Part shown: one piece after another, positions 39,739 through 52,700 of the stretch
How the letters are laid out: each line of letters opens with the position of its first letter
Numbering within the stretch: the stretch's first letter is position 1
From: Verrucomicrobiota bacterium
GTDB taxonomy: Bacteria > Verrucomicrobiota > Verrucomicrobiia > Verrucomicrobiales > DEV007
Direction of reading: 5' to 3'
Length of the DNA: 60,096 bases
Assembly (NCBI GenBank): GCA_045046875.1
Contig: JASFYY010000006.1
Coordinates: 1 to 60,096 of the forward strand
Notes under the pieces: model-generated
Database searches by the model: none
What the model was told of the DNA's origin: nothing
The model's input: the letters and a program-made list of their open reading frames with translations, nothing else
Program-made: the position numbers and the translations under genes

Positions 39739-41826
39739 CTATTTTTTGAGCCACTGCACCGCATCGATGATCACATAACCATCGGTGCCTTTATTAGAAA
39801 CCACCACCTTAGCTTCGCCTTTTTTAAACTCAAAAACACCCAGCGAGAGCAAACCAAAAGGCTTGGCCTCGTTCACTTTCTGGTTCACCTTCACCGTGGT
39901 CTGACCGCCCTTGTGATAAATGGTCACCGGCACATTCGACGCCCGATTGCCACTGGCAGGATAAGTGATGCTCACTTGATAAGTCCCCGCTTCTTTCAGC
40001 TGACTTGAAAAAGTTGCGCGTTTCTCTCCTTTGCCTTCGTTTTTATCCTGATGATAACCTCTCTCGATATACTGCGGCGATCCCTTGCTGACAATCCAAT
40101 CACCTTCATATTCGACCTCCGAATCATCCACCACGATGCCCTCCAGCTTCGACAAAGGAATGAAGATCTTCGCTTTGAGCCCTTTGGGCAAATCCACAAA
40201 CTGGCCATCTTTCACCAACTGCTCGCGCAATTTGGCATACGGCACATCCTGCACTACCGAAGTTCCTTCGATCGCAAACACCGCCCCGGTCGCCGCGCTC
40301 TGCCCCAGAATCATAAACACAGGCTCCATACGAATCGATCCATAAGCGATATGCGAACTCGAAACCGCCGCCGGTGCCAACAGGTTCTCACACTCCGCTT
40401 TTTTCGGAACAATCGATCCATAACTGATCACATAAGGTCCACCCGGCGATACCTGCACGTCCCCCTCGTCCTGCACCAGGCCGTCCGCCGTCACATAACG
40501 CTGGGTATTGTGCGAGTCCATCTGATACGATCCGATGCCCACCGAATCCTTGGCCACCCGCACCCGGCGACAATCCAACTCGGTCGTCACGTAGGCGCCT
40601 ACCATGCGCCGTGCTTCGCGCACGTAGATCTGATGCGGCCAGTTGCCGTTATCAACAAACTCATCCGCCGCCAATCCCCACTTCAACATCGCTGTGCGAA
40701 TCTCCTGCGGCACCCGTGGGTGATTGCCCAAAGACCACATCAGGCCTTTTTGATAAGTCTCGTGTTCTTTTAAAATCTCATCCCGTTCGGCATAAGACGC
40801 CTCAGGGTATTTGTAATTCATGCCAATATTATCGGTCGAAAAAGCTCCGAAATTATTAGTATCCGTTTTGTTATTGGGCATCATTCCCGGACTCCAGGGC
40901 ATGCGCATATCACCTGCTTCAAAATTACGAAACAGCAACTCATACTGCTTTTCGTCATAACCTTCAGGTTTAGGAAAAGCGGTGAAATTACGTTGGTCCC
41001 GAGTCATACACATGCGGTAGTTGTAAGCCTGCACCCGATGATCCGCGGTGCCATCCTCGCCTGCACCATCGTCGTGCACCCGGGCCACCAAACCGCTCTT
41101 AGGATCCCCCGGCACCACATAAGGATCGACTTTTTCCAAAAACAAATGCCCGTGCATCTGTGTTTTTTGCACCCCGTTCAAATTCTCATCATACTGATCA
41201 TTGCCCTCACGTCCGACGGTGTAACTCACTCCGGCAGCCGCCAACAAATCACCCTCGTAAGTCGCATCAATGAACATCGGCGCGACCAACTCCTTACCCG
41301 ACTCCATCGTGATCGATACGATACGCGCCCCTTCTTTTTTCACCCCGGTCTCGCGATTGAGGCGTTCTTTACGCAGCACCGTGATCCCTTTCTCTTTGAC
41401 AAACTCTTCAAAGATCGCCTCCGCTACTTTTGGCTCGAACACCCACATCGCATCCGCATCCGGCAAATAAAGTCCCGAGCCTCTTTTCACGTTCAAAGTC
41501 TCACGCTTCTGCAAAGGCCACGACTTGGGATCGTCGTAGTGTTTTTTCACTCGTTGGTAAAATTCCCGACTGATGCCACCGATCAGATTTTTGCGCCCCG
41601 AGTCCGTCCATCCCAGCCCACCCGAACTCAAACCGCCCAGATGCACCCCTGGCTCGATCAATAAAGCCGTTTTGCCCATCCGGCTCACCTGAACCGCTGC
41701 CGCCACCCCTGCGCTGGTGCCCCCATAGATCACCACATCATATTTATCCGCCGCCCCCACTGTCTGCAAAAAAGCCAGACACAAGGTTAAAATCAAAATC
41801 AGTCGTTTTTTCATAGATTTATTCAT
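39739..41826 (-). CDS. Secreted FAD-dependent oxidoreductase with C-terminal beta-sandwich domain
   Basis: Signal peptide; DVVIYGGTSAG, FIDATYEGDL, YVREARR, SIRMEPVFMILGQ, C-terminal IIDAVQW. Confidence 0.85.
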   Translation of the reverse strand: MNKSMKKRLILILTLCLAFLQTVGAADKYDVVIYGGTSAGVAAAVQVSRMGKTALLIEPGVHLGGLSSGGLGWTDSGRKNLIGGISREFYQRVKKHYDDPKSWPLQKRETLNVKRGSGLYLPDADAMWVFEPKVAEAIFEEFVKEKGITVLRKERLNRETGVKKEGARIVSITMESGKELVAPMFIDATYEGDLLAAAGVSYTVGREGNDQYDENLNGVQKTQMHGHLFLEKVDPYVVPGDPKSGLVARVHDDGAGEDGTADHRVQAYNYRMCMTRDQRNFTAFPKPEGYDEKQYELLFRNFEAGDMRMPWSPGMMPNNKTDTNNFGAFSTDNIGMNYKYPEASYAERDEILKEHETYQKGLMWSLGNHPRVPQEIRTAMLKWGLAADEFVDNGNWPHQIYVREARRMVGAYVTTELDCRRVRVAKDSVGIGSYQMDSHNTQRYVTADGLVQDEGDVQVSPGGPYVISYGSIVPKKAECENLLAPAAVSSSHIAYGSIRMEPVFMILGQSAATGAVFAIEGTSVVQDVPYAKLREQLVKDGQFVDLPKGLKAKIFIPLSKLEGIVVDDSEVEYEGDWIVSKGSPQYIERGYHQDKNEGKGEKRATFSSQLKEAGTYQVSITYPASGNRASNVPVTIYHKGGQTTVKVNQKVNEAKPFGLLSLGVFEFKKGEAKVVVSNKGTDGYVIIDAVQWLKK

Positions 41827-41921
41827 AAGATCACCAACTATAAAGCAGACACTCCTTTTATTGGACACCCTTTTAAAAAAATCTTTCCACACTCACCCCC
41901 CATACCAATAGCTCCATCACC

Positions 41922-42707
41922 ATGATCTGGGATCTCCACTGTCACCTCACCAGCCCCGGCCAGGGCGAAACCGCCACTGAACACGCCCGCCGCCTGATCG
42001 AAATCGGTGACCGCCATGGCATCGAGCGCTACTGTGTTTACATGGGGCTCAAATTTAATACCGATCCCAGCCCCGACGATCTGCGTCGTCAGAACGACGC
42101 AGTGCTAGAAGCGATCACCGCCTTCCCCGACCGCCTTTTTGGTTTTGTTTACCTCAGCCCCAAACACGTAAAAGCCAGTCTCGACGAGCTCGAACGCTGC
42201 GTCGCCAATAGCCCCATGCTCGGGGTCAAATTGTGGGTTGCTCAAAGTTGCGCCGATCCCGCCATCGACCCGATCATCAAACGCGCCGCCGAACTCAAAG
42301 CCGTCATCTTCCAACACACTTGGTATAAAACCGCCGGCAACCCAGCTGGCGAATCCACTCCCGATGATGTCGCCACTCTTGCCACCCGCTTCCCCGACGT
42401 CCCCCTCGTCTGCGGTCACACCGGCGGCAACTGGGAACTCGGCATTCCTGCCATCCGTGCTCACAAAAACGTCAGCATAGGCATCGCCGGCTCCGATCCC
42501 ACCGCCGGTTTTGTCGAAATGGCAGTGCGCGAACTCGGTGCCGACCGCATCCTCTACGGTAGCGACGCCCCCGGCCGCAGTTTTGCCTCGCAACTCGCCA
42601 AAGTCCACGGCGCCAACATTTCCCAAGCAGACAAGGACCTCATCCTCGGCGGCAACTTAAAAAAAATGCTCAGCCCCATTTTAGAAGAGAAGGCTGTAGG
42701 GAATTAG
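41922..42707 (+). CDS. Amidohydrolase family protein (Amidohydro_2)
   Basis: DLHCH, GVKL, FQH, GHTGG, RILYGSDAP. Confidence 0.88.
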   Translation: MIWDLHCHLTSPGQGETATEHARRLIEIGDRHGIERYCVYMGLKFNTDPSPDDLRRQNDAVLEAITAFPDRLFGFVYLSPKHVKASLDELERCVANSPMLGVKLWVAQSCADPAIDPIIKRAAELKAVIFQHTWYKTAGNPAGESTPDDVATLATRFPDVPLVCGHTGGNWELGIPAIRAHKNVSIGIAGSDPTAGFVEMAVRELGADRILYGSDAPGRSFASQLAKVHGANISQADKDLILGGNLKKMLSPILEEKAVGN

Positions 42708-42809
42708 GCTGTAGGCTGTAACCCTCCCATTTCAAACTCCCCTCATTCGTGTTTATTAATCTTCATTAGTGGTTCCTCATTCTTCAATCTCAAATCTCAC
42801 ATTTTTCCA

Positions 42810-43658
42810 ATGCAACGCCGCACCTTTCTGCAATCAACGATCGCTCTCAGCGCCTGCACCAGCCCCCTTGCTGCGCTCGCCGCTTCGACGCCCGCTGCCA
42901 TCATCGATACCAATGTCTATCTCGGCAGCCATCCCTTCCACTCTCCACCACTGGAAAATCCGGGGCAACTCGCGACCAAATTGCGCTCGCTCGGCATCAC
43001 TTCTGCCTGGGCCGCTCCAATGGAATCCCTGCTTCACCGTGACCTCGACCGGATCAATGCCGATCACGCCCAACTCTGTCAACAACACGACCTTTTCACC
43101 GCCATCGGCAGCATCAACCCCAAACTGCCCGATTGGCAGGAAAGCCTGCGCCGTTGCCACCAAGTCCACCGCATGGCAGGCATCCGCCTGCACCCAGCTT
43201 ATCACGGTTACCAACTTGACGACCCTGATTTCAAAAAGCTACTCTCAGAAGTCAGCCAACGGAATCTGCTAATGCAAATCGCTCCACACATGGAGGACAA
43301 ACGCACCCAGCATCCTAAAGCCGTCGTGCCCGCCACCGACCCCAGCCCGCTGCTCGAACTTCTACCAAATTTCAAAAACCTACGCATCCAAATCATCAAC
43401 GGCCTGCGCACCATCACCAACAAAAAACTGCAAACAGGTCTCGCCGCTCTTGGAGTCCATTTCGACATCTCCATGCTCGAAGGAGTCGCCGGCATCGCCC
43501 GTTGCACCATCCCCGCCAAGCGCCTCTGTTACGGCTCCTACGCCCCCGTCTTCATCCCCGAAGCCGCCGCGCTCAAAGTCACCGAATCGGCACCCGACAT
43601 CAGCAAGCAGCAACTGAACGCCTTGCTGCACGGCAATGCTGAAAAACTGATCGCCTGA
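42810..43658 (+). CDS. Amidohydrolase-fold protein with Tat signal
   Basis: MQRRTFLQS twin-arginine signal; GIRLHPAYHGY; LCYGSYAP; lacks HxH. Confidence 0.75.
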   Translation: MQRRTFLQSTIALSACTSPLAALAASTPAAIIDTNVYLGSHPFHSPPLENPGQLATKLRSLGITSAWAAPMESLLHRDLDRINADHAQLCQQHDLFTAIGSINPKLPDWQESLRRCHQVHRMAGIRLHPAYHGYQLDDPDFKKLLSEVSQRNLLMQIAPHMEDKRTQHPKAVVPATDPSPLLELLPNFKNLRIQIINGLRTITNKKLQTGLAALGVHFDISMLEGVAGIARCTIPAKRLCYGSYAPVFIPEAAALKVTESAPDISKQQLNALLHGNAEKLIA

Positions 43659-43679
43659 AGAGCGTTCAGCACAGCGATT

Positions 43680-43703
43680 GTAGGGCGGGCGCTCCGCTTG
43701 CCC
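43680..43703 (+). repeat. GTAG-type REP hairpin between convergent genes
   Basis: GTAG-GGCGGGCG-ctc-CGCTTGCC. Confidence 0.6.
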
Positions 43704-43718
43704 ACCCTCAGCAACAGC

Positions 43719-46700
43719 CTAGCTCATCTCCGCCACATCCATACAGCGCATCAAATGCCGCGCCAAATCCCGGCAATTTTCCTCATACAGCAAACTATGG
43801 TGATCACCAGACGTAGGCAGAATTTCCAATCCATTGCCCGCCACTTGCTGCCAGGTCGAAGGCCCCTGACTCTCCACCATTTCCAGAAAGGAAAGCACCC
43901 GCGCGGCTCTCACCAGATTGCCCCGTTTGATCTGCAGCTTCAAGCGTGAGATAAAAAACTGTTTGCGCTGCTCATACGACTCGGAGGTCACCAAGGTGAT
44001 CCTGCCTGGATAAATCTTGGGCTGATAACGTGCCGAAGCAGTATCCCATATAGCGCGTAAAGTCTGCCCCTGAGGGTAACTCTCCGGCACCGGCGAAGGG
44101 TCATCACCCAATAGCACCTGCCTTTGTCTGGCGGCCTCGGCCTCCTGCCCAAGCGTCCCTGTTGTTCCTGAATCCACCTGCTGATCTCCCGCCTGTTGTG
44201 GAAAAATAGCATCAATGACAATCAAATTAACCTCTTCCCCCATCGCCCTGAGTTGTTGCGCCATTTCAAAAGCAATCACCCCACCCGCCGACCAACCCCC
44301 AATATGATAGAGCCCCTCAGTCTGCACCTCACGCATAGCCGCAATGTAATAACTCGCCATTTCCTCCACCTCCCGCAAAGGAGCCTCGTCACCTTTGAGC
44401 CCTTTGGCTTGCAATCCATAAAAAGGACGATCCTCCCCCATCGCGGATGCCAGTTCGGCATAACAAAGTACATTGCCATCCGATGGGTGAACACAAAAGA
44501 AAGCTGCTTTGTTGCCTGAAGCCTTCAGCGCCACCGCCGCTTGCCAGCCCCCCTCCCATTCCCGGGAAAGAATCAGCTCAGCCTGCAGTGCCGGAGTCGA
44601 CGCCTCCACAAAACTCGCCAATGGCAAGTCCAACCCAAAAACCTCCTTCACCTGGGTGACAATCTCTACCGCTTGCAAAGACGTTCCGCCCAGCTCGAAA
44701 AAGTCGGCATCGGCTTTCATCAAATAATCTCCCTTGAGCACATACTGCCAAATCACCAGGACCTGATCGACCACTTGCTCACGATTAACCTCTATGCTCG
44801 CTTTTGATTCTGTCTGTGACAAAAGTGAACTTTCACCGCCTTTCAATTTTTCTGCCTCAAACCCACCTTCCCCGATCTCCAACACCGTAGGCGCTGCCAC
44901 AGCTTGCAACGGATCCGCAACCATTCGCTGCAACTCCACCCAACATCGCTGTAAGATCCCTTCCACCGTATTTTCATCCACCAAATCCGGATTAAAAGTC
45001 GTCACACAACGAATCCCACCCGGATCAGCATAAAAACTCAGCACCAGGCTGGTGTAAGGGTTCATCCCGTCAATAACCGAATAAATAAACTCCTGACCCT
45101 GATCTTGCTCCGGATCATTTTCTTCCTGAATCAATTGGCAAATCACTGCCGGAGGAGAACAAGACAACTGTGTCTCTTTTCTAAGCAAAGCCGCCAGCTC
45201 CGCCGGAGCGATATCACCATGTCCAATAGCATCAAAAAGCGTCGCGCGTTGGGCTTTCATCAGATCCTGATAAACCTCATCTTTCCCAATTTCAGCACGA
45301 ATAGGCAGCAGGCAAATATAGTTACCCGTTGCTCCACCATCCAAAACCCGGTCCCGGTTGGAAAAAGGAATGTGCACCAAACCCTGCCCCTTGCCGCTGT
45401 CTTTCATCAGAGCGCTCTGCACCGCCGCCAGCAAACCCGCAAACAAGGTCACTCCCGTTTGACGGCAAGTTTGATCCAAGCCTTTTGCCAAATCAGAATC
45501 CAACTTCTGTTTGATGAAATGCCCACGCGGTTCAGCCGAACGCTTCTCACTATCCGTAATTCCCGCAACTGCTGGCAAAGCCAGTTGATCCGCGTCGAGT
45601 CCGCGAAAAGTTCTGGACCAGTAACGCTGTAAGCTAGCCACCCGCTGCGGCGTATTACGCGCACTCTCACGACGAACAAAGTCTTCGTAACTACTGGGCG
45701 CACCGCGGGCCACCTCATTGCCCAATGCAAGCTCTTGATAAACTCCGGTGATCTCCCGAGCCAGGATCAAAGCACAAAAACAATCCATGATGTTATGATC
45801 AATAACCAATTGCACTTGTTTATGATTCTCACCCAGGCAAAACAATGTCGCCTTGAAAAGCGGCCCTTTCTCCAGATCAAACTTCACCCGGGCATGTCGG
45901 CGCATGCTTTCAGTCAAACTCACTTCATCGCTGACCTCCACTCTCTCCAGACTCACTTCGGGCAGCTTCAAAATACAGCCCACATAGTGATCCTCTTGTT
46001 TTTTGAAAACCATTCTCAACACCTCGTGGCGGCCAAACACCACATCCAATGCTTGCTGCAAAACATCCGCATAGAACTCCCCTTCAAATTGAATACGCAG
46101 ATCCAAAGTGTAACTGAACTTTTCATCAGGCCGCAACAAACCATCACGCCTCAAACAATCTTGTTGCAGAAAAGAAAGCGGCACTTGTTTGATGACTTCA
46201 ATTTCCCGGGATGTTTCCTCCCGCACGGAATCCTCCTCCGCCAAATTTGCCACTGATATCACATACTGCCGGTCATGTGTGCTAGTGACTTCGTAGCTCA
46301 ATCCTCTGAAAGTGGCTATGAACGGTAACTGCACATGAATGCCCTCAATCCGCACATCTGAAAGCCCTTCGCCAATTCCAATGCCCGCCGCTTTTAACAC
46401 CGCTTCTTTTTGGGTGAAAATTAAAATAGGTAAAGCCTGTTTGAGAAAATCCCTGTCCTGCTCACAAAAATTTCCGTCCGTAATATACGCTCGAATCTCC
46501 TCCTCCAGTTTTGCCCCGCAACAATCCGTCACCACCTTCGCAGGAAGTGCTCGGATCTTTTCAACATCCACCCCGACCGGCTGCTTGTTTCGCGCAACAC
46601 ACACCAAGTCCTCACTGTGACTGATCGAGAAAAAAGAATCGCCCTCAAGTTGCGCGGCATGAAAATCAACACTCACCGGAGATCCCTCTGAAAACACTTC

Positions 46701-49700
46701 TATCGAATCCAAGGGAACCTGCTGGGGCTGCCCCTCTTTGGCTAACAAATGTTGGGCAAGCAATTTGGTGGCGAGCTTACCCGCAAACTTTTCTTTGCGC
46801 CGCTTGTCGGAGGAAAGCGCAACAATTTCAACGCCTTCTTTTTCAGTGATGATGCTGTTTCTATTATCCTCAGCGTACTGATAGGCTTGAGGCAAAGACA
46901 AGGTCAAAAGGTCGCTATGATGGATCAATAGAGGCACTCCCTGCGGAATAGTGTGGATGCAGAGCGGTTCCCGAATCGAAGTGGGAGAGGTGACAAAACC
47001 CTTCAGAATGATCAAAGCCTCTTCATTCTCATTGACCACAATGATGTTCAGAGTTCGGGCCTTATTGACTTCATCGGTTTTGACAAACTGACAATAAACC
47101 TTTGCTTCACGAGCTTGCGCGCAAGCTTGATAGTCAATCGTACAACGTCCCACTTGTTTGGGCATGAACAAGTGCCGGGTATTGATGCCGAACTGTTTCC
47201 ACCGTGAAGCCGTCTGAAACGCTGCTTCAAGCAATAAGGGCACACGCCCCGTATCACTCAGGATCATTCCCTGTTGAGCCGCCAAACTCATGTCCACATT
47301 CGACGTGACGATATAACCATTATATTGCAACTCATCAAGAGTGGCAAAAGCCCCCCTGAACGAAGATTCCTCACTGTTTTTCAAGTTCAAACGGTGAATG
47401 GAAAAGGGAGTGGCTCGAAGCTCAGAGCTTGATCTCATTGCTGCGAGCAAGTCCAAATCATCCTCTCGAAAACAAGCTGCCTTTTTCCCTACTCCAAGCT
47501 TCAAACTCACAATAGGGCGGGATCCTCCATCCTCCTCCATTTCAAGCAGCACAAAGTCGTTCTGACGGGAAAAATGCAACTGCTGCTGAGTATCCCCGGC
47601 AACACTGATCGGAGATAAAAACTCAATGCTGGAAAATTCCACCAAATCGCCAGCCTCCCTTTGCTCATCAATCACCAATCTAACTATTTCACGCAGCATC
47701 ACGGCTGCCGGAATATATATGGTGCCATAAAAGTGATGCTCTCTCAGTGCGGGAACCCTATCCAAATCAAGCTTAAAAGCTGTCGATATTTTCTGATCGG
47801 GATCTGACAAGCGATACGGTGCAATAGAATTAGCCCCATCAAAGCGGTCCTCTCCTTGATAGCTTGTCATATAAGGGCCTGCCAGTTTCCCTGACGCCAC
47901 AAAACGAGTCGTTCCCCGAGGCGGAGACAGCAACAAGCCGGTCAAAAGCTTCTCAAAAACCTCCCTCCCTTCCTGGGGCGAGATGAATGCAGCTCCACTG
48001 GTTTCCAGAATTTCCTTGATAACACCACGAGAGGCCATACCCACTTCACTCCATGCTGGCCAGGCAATGGAAAGAGCAGGAATACCTCCCTCAAGTGTCC
48101 CATTCAACAAAGCGTTCGCGGCGGCATAATCAGCCTGACCATAGTTCCCCCGATAGGCTGCAATGGATGAAAACTGAACCACCCCGCGAAGATTATCAGT
48201 GTCCAATTTTGATAAAATGTCATCAAGCGACAAAACTTTTGTAGCCATTGTGAGCGCAAACTCCTTAGCGCTTTTTTTAACCAGGTTTGCCGGCACCTCA
48301 ATGCCTGCGGCATGAATGAGAAGCGAGACCCGCTCCTTATGCAAAGCCAGCGCTTGAATGGATTCAGGATCAGTCAGGTCGGCCACGCGGTAAGACACGC
48401 GGTCATCGGGCAATGCTTGAATCCAACTCTCCGTCTCCTGTTTTCGGCCTACCAATATAAACCGGGCAGTCGTCACCTCAATCAAATGCCTCGCGATGCC
48501 AGCGGCAATGCCCCTCGCCCCGCCTGTGATCAATACCAGATCATCTGTTGTGAGCAAATCAGGCAACCTGTCCTCACTGCCAAACAAACCATTTAATGGA
48601 AACAATCTGCCCTGTGTGATACTCCCATCCTTGCGAACATGTTTGCCTGTATCGGGAAGGTCCTCTACACGGCTCAAGATCCGGCGCATTTCCTCTTCAG
48701 AAATACAGTCCCCATCAAAGTGCGCATAAGAAAACCGGATACCCGGAACATCCAACTGCGCGACCTTCAGCATCGCTTCTAGCGCAAAAAAAGCACCGTC
48801 ATAAAAACGGTCTGCCGGGCAGTAGGTCATGACGTGAACATGACTCGGACGCTGCCCGTCCGGCAGTCCTGCCAAAAAAACTATTTTCTGATGCAATTCC
48901 GGCAAAAGCTCCTCTCCGGCGGACCTCATCGAGCTTAATAAAGGACGCATCAAAACCAGCTGGTGCTTATCTCCACTATAAGGCAGCTCCAGTCGATCTA
49001 TCCCAAAATCACCTCCCGTCATTAAGGGTGTTTTCGCAGATAAGGTAGCCGTCTGCACCATCTTATGTTTGTACCAGCCTATTGACGACCCTGTTCCCGC
49101 CGTTTTTTCTTCAGTTGAACTCGAATAACTCTCCGCAACCATTAAGATCTTCTGCACACTGGTTAACTCTCTGAAATTCTCGATTTCCTGAGGAAGGATG
49201 TCACCTCGCAATCGAGAGAGAATCTCAAAAATTTTCAAAGTATCAATGCCAAGATCACGCTCAAATTCCGCATCCTTGTCAATGGCAGCAAGCTCATAAC
49301 CTGAAATTGAGGAAACGGTCTCAAAGACCTGGTCTATCAAGCTCATTTTCTTTTCAGCAGGCTCTGCAACGGCTTTTTTCTTACTCGGCCTGCGATCTTT
49401 GCTCGAAACCGGCGCAGGCTGTCGCTTGATCTCCACCGCTTGCTTCAACTTTCCGGGCAATTGCTCAATCTGCTGAAGCGTATCTGTATCCACTTGATTC
49501 AAAAATACAGTCTGAAATGGTTTATTTTCAAGGATCTGGTCAATCAATCGTGTCAGCGTGCCCTTTGACCCCACCTCGACAAACCGGCGTATCCCATTTT
49601 CATAAGCCGCGTTTATTTGCGAAATAAAATCAACAGGATGATCAATTTGCCGACTCAGCAAACTGATAACGCGCAGCCTGTCATCTTGCCCCATGCTGGC

Positions 49701-52700
49701 TCCGGATTCTCCCCCAACGGGAAAAGACTCACGACTCAAACATGCCAACACCGGTGTTTCACTTTGCTTGAAATCAATCGATTCAAGCTGTTTGCGTATC
49801 GGTTCAACACAGTCGCCAACTAACTTCGAATGAAAAGCCCGCGATACATTCAATGGAAAAGCCTTCATCCCGGCCTGTCTTGCAATTTTCTCAATCGCAT
49901 CAATGGCGCTCTGCTCACCTGAGATCACAGTCTGTCTGTATTCATTCAGATTGGCGCAAGTCGCATACCCATCCACCTGATCGATCAGGCTCTGCGCAAC
50001 TCGCTCTCCCGCTTCAATCGCAATCATCGCCCCCGCTTCAGCCGACCGCGCAGCACTCATCAACTGCCCTCTCAAACAAACCAGGGTGAAGGCATCTTCA
50101 AATCCCAATATCCCAGCAGCATATAAAGCGGCATACTCCCCCAGCGAATGACCTAGAACCAATCCCGGCCGTGCGCCCCCCTGCTGCCTGATCCACTCCA
50201 GCATCACCACCGAGCTTAGAAAAATAGCAGGCTGCGAAACTTCAGTCGATAGCAGACTATCCATCTGCTCCTTTTCAGTTTCAACATCCACCGATGGAAG
50301 CTCAAGCAGTATCGGCGACAACAATGAGCCTGAAATTTCTTGATAAATCTCATCTGCTTTTTTCAATAAATGAGCTACCTCAGGGCAATCCTTGAATTCA
50401 TGCAGCATTCCGGCGAACTGAGCACCTTGACCTGGGAAAACATAGGCCACGTCACTGGTCAATTCGGGAAAAGACAAATAGTTGGCTCTTTCAACATCGA
50501 CTAAAGCCTTGCGTTGATTCCTGGGAGAACTTGAAAGCACCGCATGATAATTAATGCCGCCAAAACCAAAAGAAGAAATCCCCGAAATGATCTCTTCATT
50601 CACGATGGCTTCCGGCCTTTTTGCCACGTGCAATCCTAAATCCTCAAGGCACACCCCCTCGGGAGCTTGTTCAAAGTTAACCTGAGGCGGCACACATCGC
50701 TGGTTGATGGCAAATATGCCTGACAACATACCAACAGCTCCCGCCCCGGAACGCACATGCCCCGTAATCGCCTTACTCCCGCCCAAAACAAGAGGACTTA
50801 ACTTTTTTTGCAGCCGATCCTTGCCAAAAAACTCCGCTACAGTTTTACGTTCCTCGGCATCGCCTACCGGAGTTCCGGTCGCATGACACTCCAAGAAATC
50901 CACATCCAGCGGATCGATACCGCTATTGACATAAGCGTCGTTAAGGCAGCGGGTTTGACCCTCAAAATCAGGCGCCGCAATGCCCTTGCCTGTGCCATCG
51001 TTGGCAGCACCCCATCCTCGAATGAGCGCATAGATCTCATCCCCATTGCGAATCGCATCCTCATAGCGTTTCAATACAAAAAGCGTACCCCCTGCACCGA
51101 TCACAAAACCATCCGCTCTTTCATCAAAAGGAAAAGAACCTTTGCTCGACAAGGCCTGAATGCGTGAAAACCCAATAAATTCCTCTGCCCCGGTACCTGT
51201 GCCTACTCCTCCACTGATAACCACATCGCAACGCCTCTCCTGTAACAAAGTGATCGCATTGCCGATAGCCGCTAAAGAAGAAGAGCAAGCGGCGTCAATG
51301 GCATTGGTCAAACCTTGGAAATCAAACACTGAAGCAAGACGCGAAACTGCCAAACTAGGATTTCCTCCCAAAATCGTATCTGCCGTGATTTCAAACTGGT
51401 TGAACTCCTCTTCGTAATCATCTATCAAGCTCTTCACGCTCTCCGCATCATAGCTACCCTCTTTAATAAGATCATCTAGACGGGCGCGGATTTTTCTCCA
51501 CACTAATTTGTCATACAAATCCACCGAAGCCACCTTGGCGGCACCGATCACTGCTCCCACCCGGTTCTTGGGGAAAGGGCGTTTGTAATAACCCGCATCC
51601 TGCAAAGCCTGCTGGGCACATTTGAGCGTCACAATCTGCAGTTGCGACATCTCATCCGACACACTTGGAGGAATGCGAAAAGCCGTCAAATCCGAGTCCA
51701 CCTCTTCCGGCAAACCTGCAATACCTGAATAACTCGTATCACTTTCATCACTTCCGGGCTCAAGATAAACACTGCGCTCCCAAATCGAGTCCGGCGTATC
51801 CGTAATAAAACAACGCTTGAGCAAAATATTATTAAAATGTTCAGTGACATTATTTGATCCTGGCAAAATAGAACCAATGCCAACAATGGCGATCGGTTCA
51901 AAAGTTCTCTCCTGCTCAATAGAAGGTTCCTGCACCAGCCCCTCATGCAGTTGCTCTATCGTCATAACTTCCAACAACAGGGTGCTAACCGCCCCAGCCA
52001 TGTAACTGCCATCCTCCTCAAATTGCTCACTTCCGACCGCTAACTTCAGCCCTCCTCGATAAAGCCGTTCATAAGCTTTTTTCTTTTCGCCTAGCTCCAA
52101 CTCGGAAGAAAATATTGACCATTCCTTTTCCAGCAAATCCGTCGAATGAGTCGTCACCATCTGGCGCACATTACGATGCACACTTTCCCCGGTGATCACC
52201 GTATCCTCTCCGCTTATAATCGTTTGCCGATAAGCGTCAGGAAGCCCGGTAAATTCAACCGCCTCCACCGTGCTCAAATAAGCGGTGCCCAGCTGCAACG
52301 ACACCATCAAATCTTTCTCCAAACCATAAAAATACAGCAAGCCGGAAAGCAAATCCGCCGCCCGCCGATCATAAATGCCGCCTGCAAAAATCAGGTGCAC
52401 TTTATCCTGTAAGTTGCGATCCCGAATTTCTTCCAACACTCCCTGCCAAGCACTCAGCCCTCCGACATTGGAAGTGTGTCCGCCCGCCTCCTCTCCTTCG
52501 ATAATGAAATTGCGACAGCCCATATCAAACAACACTTTGAACATTGCTCGATTGGGGGCATGAACCGCCACTTCCAGATCCGTTTTGAGCAACCGATTGA
52601 CATGATCCAGTTGCGGCGCTGAGATAACTACGTAAGCGGGCCGGGTTTCTTCAAAAAGTCCGATCAGGGATTCAAGATCCTCGGAGGAAAGAGACAGGGC

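Noticed and set aside
38515..41664. Plus-strand ORFs of 220-240 aa
   Set aside because: Antisense to the sulfatase and FAD oxidoreductase; no motifs
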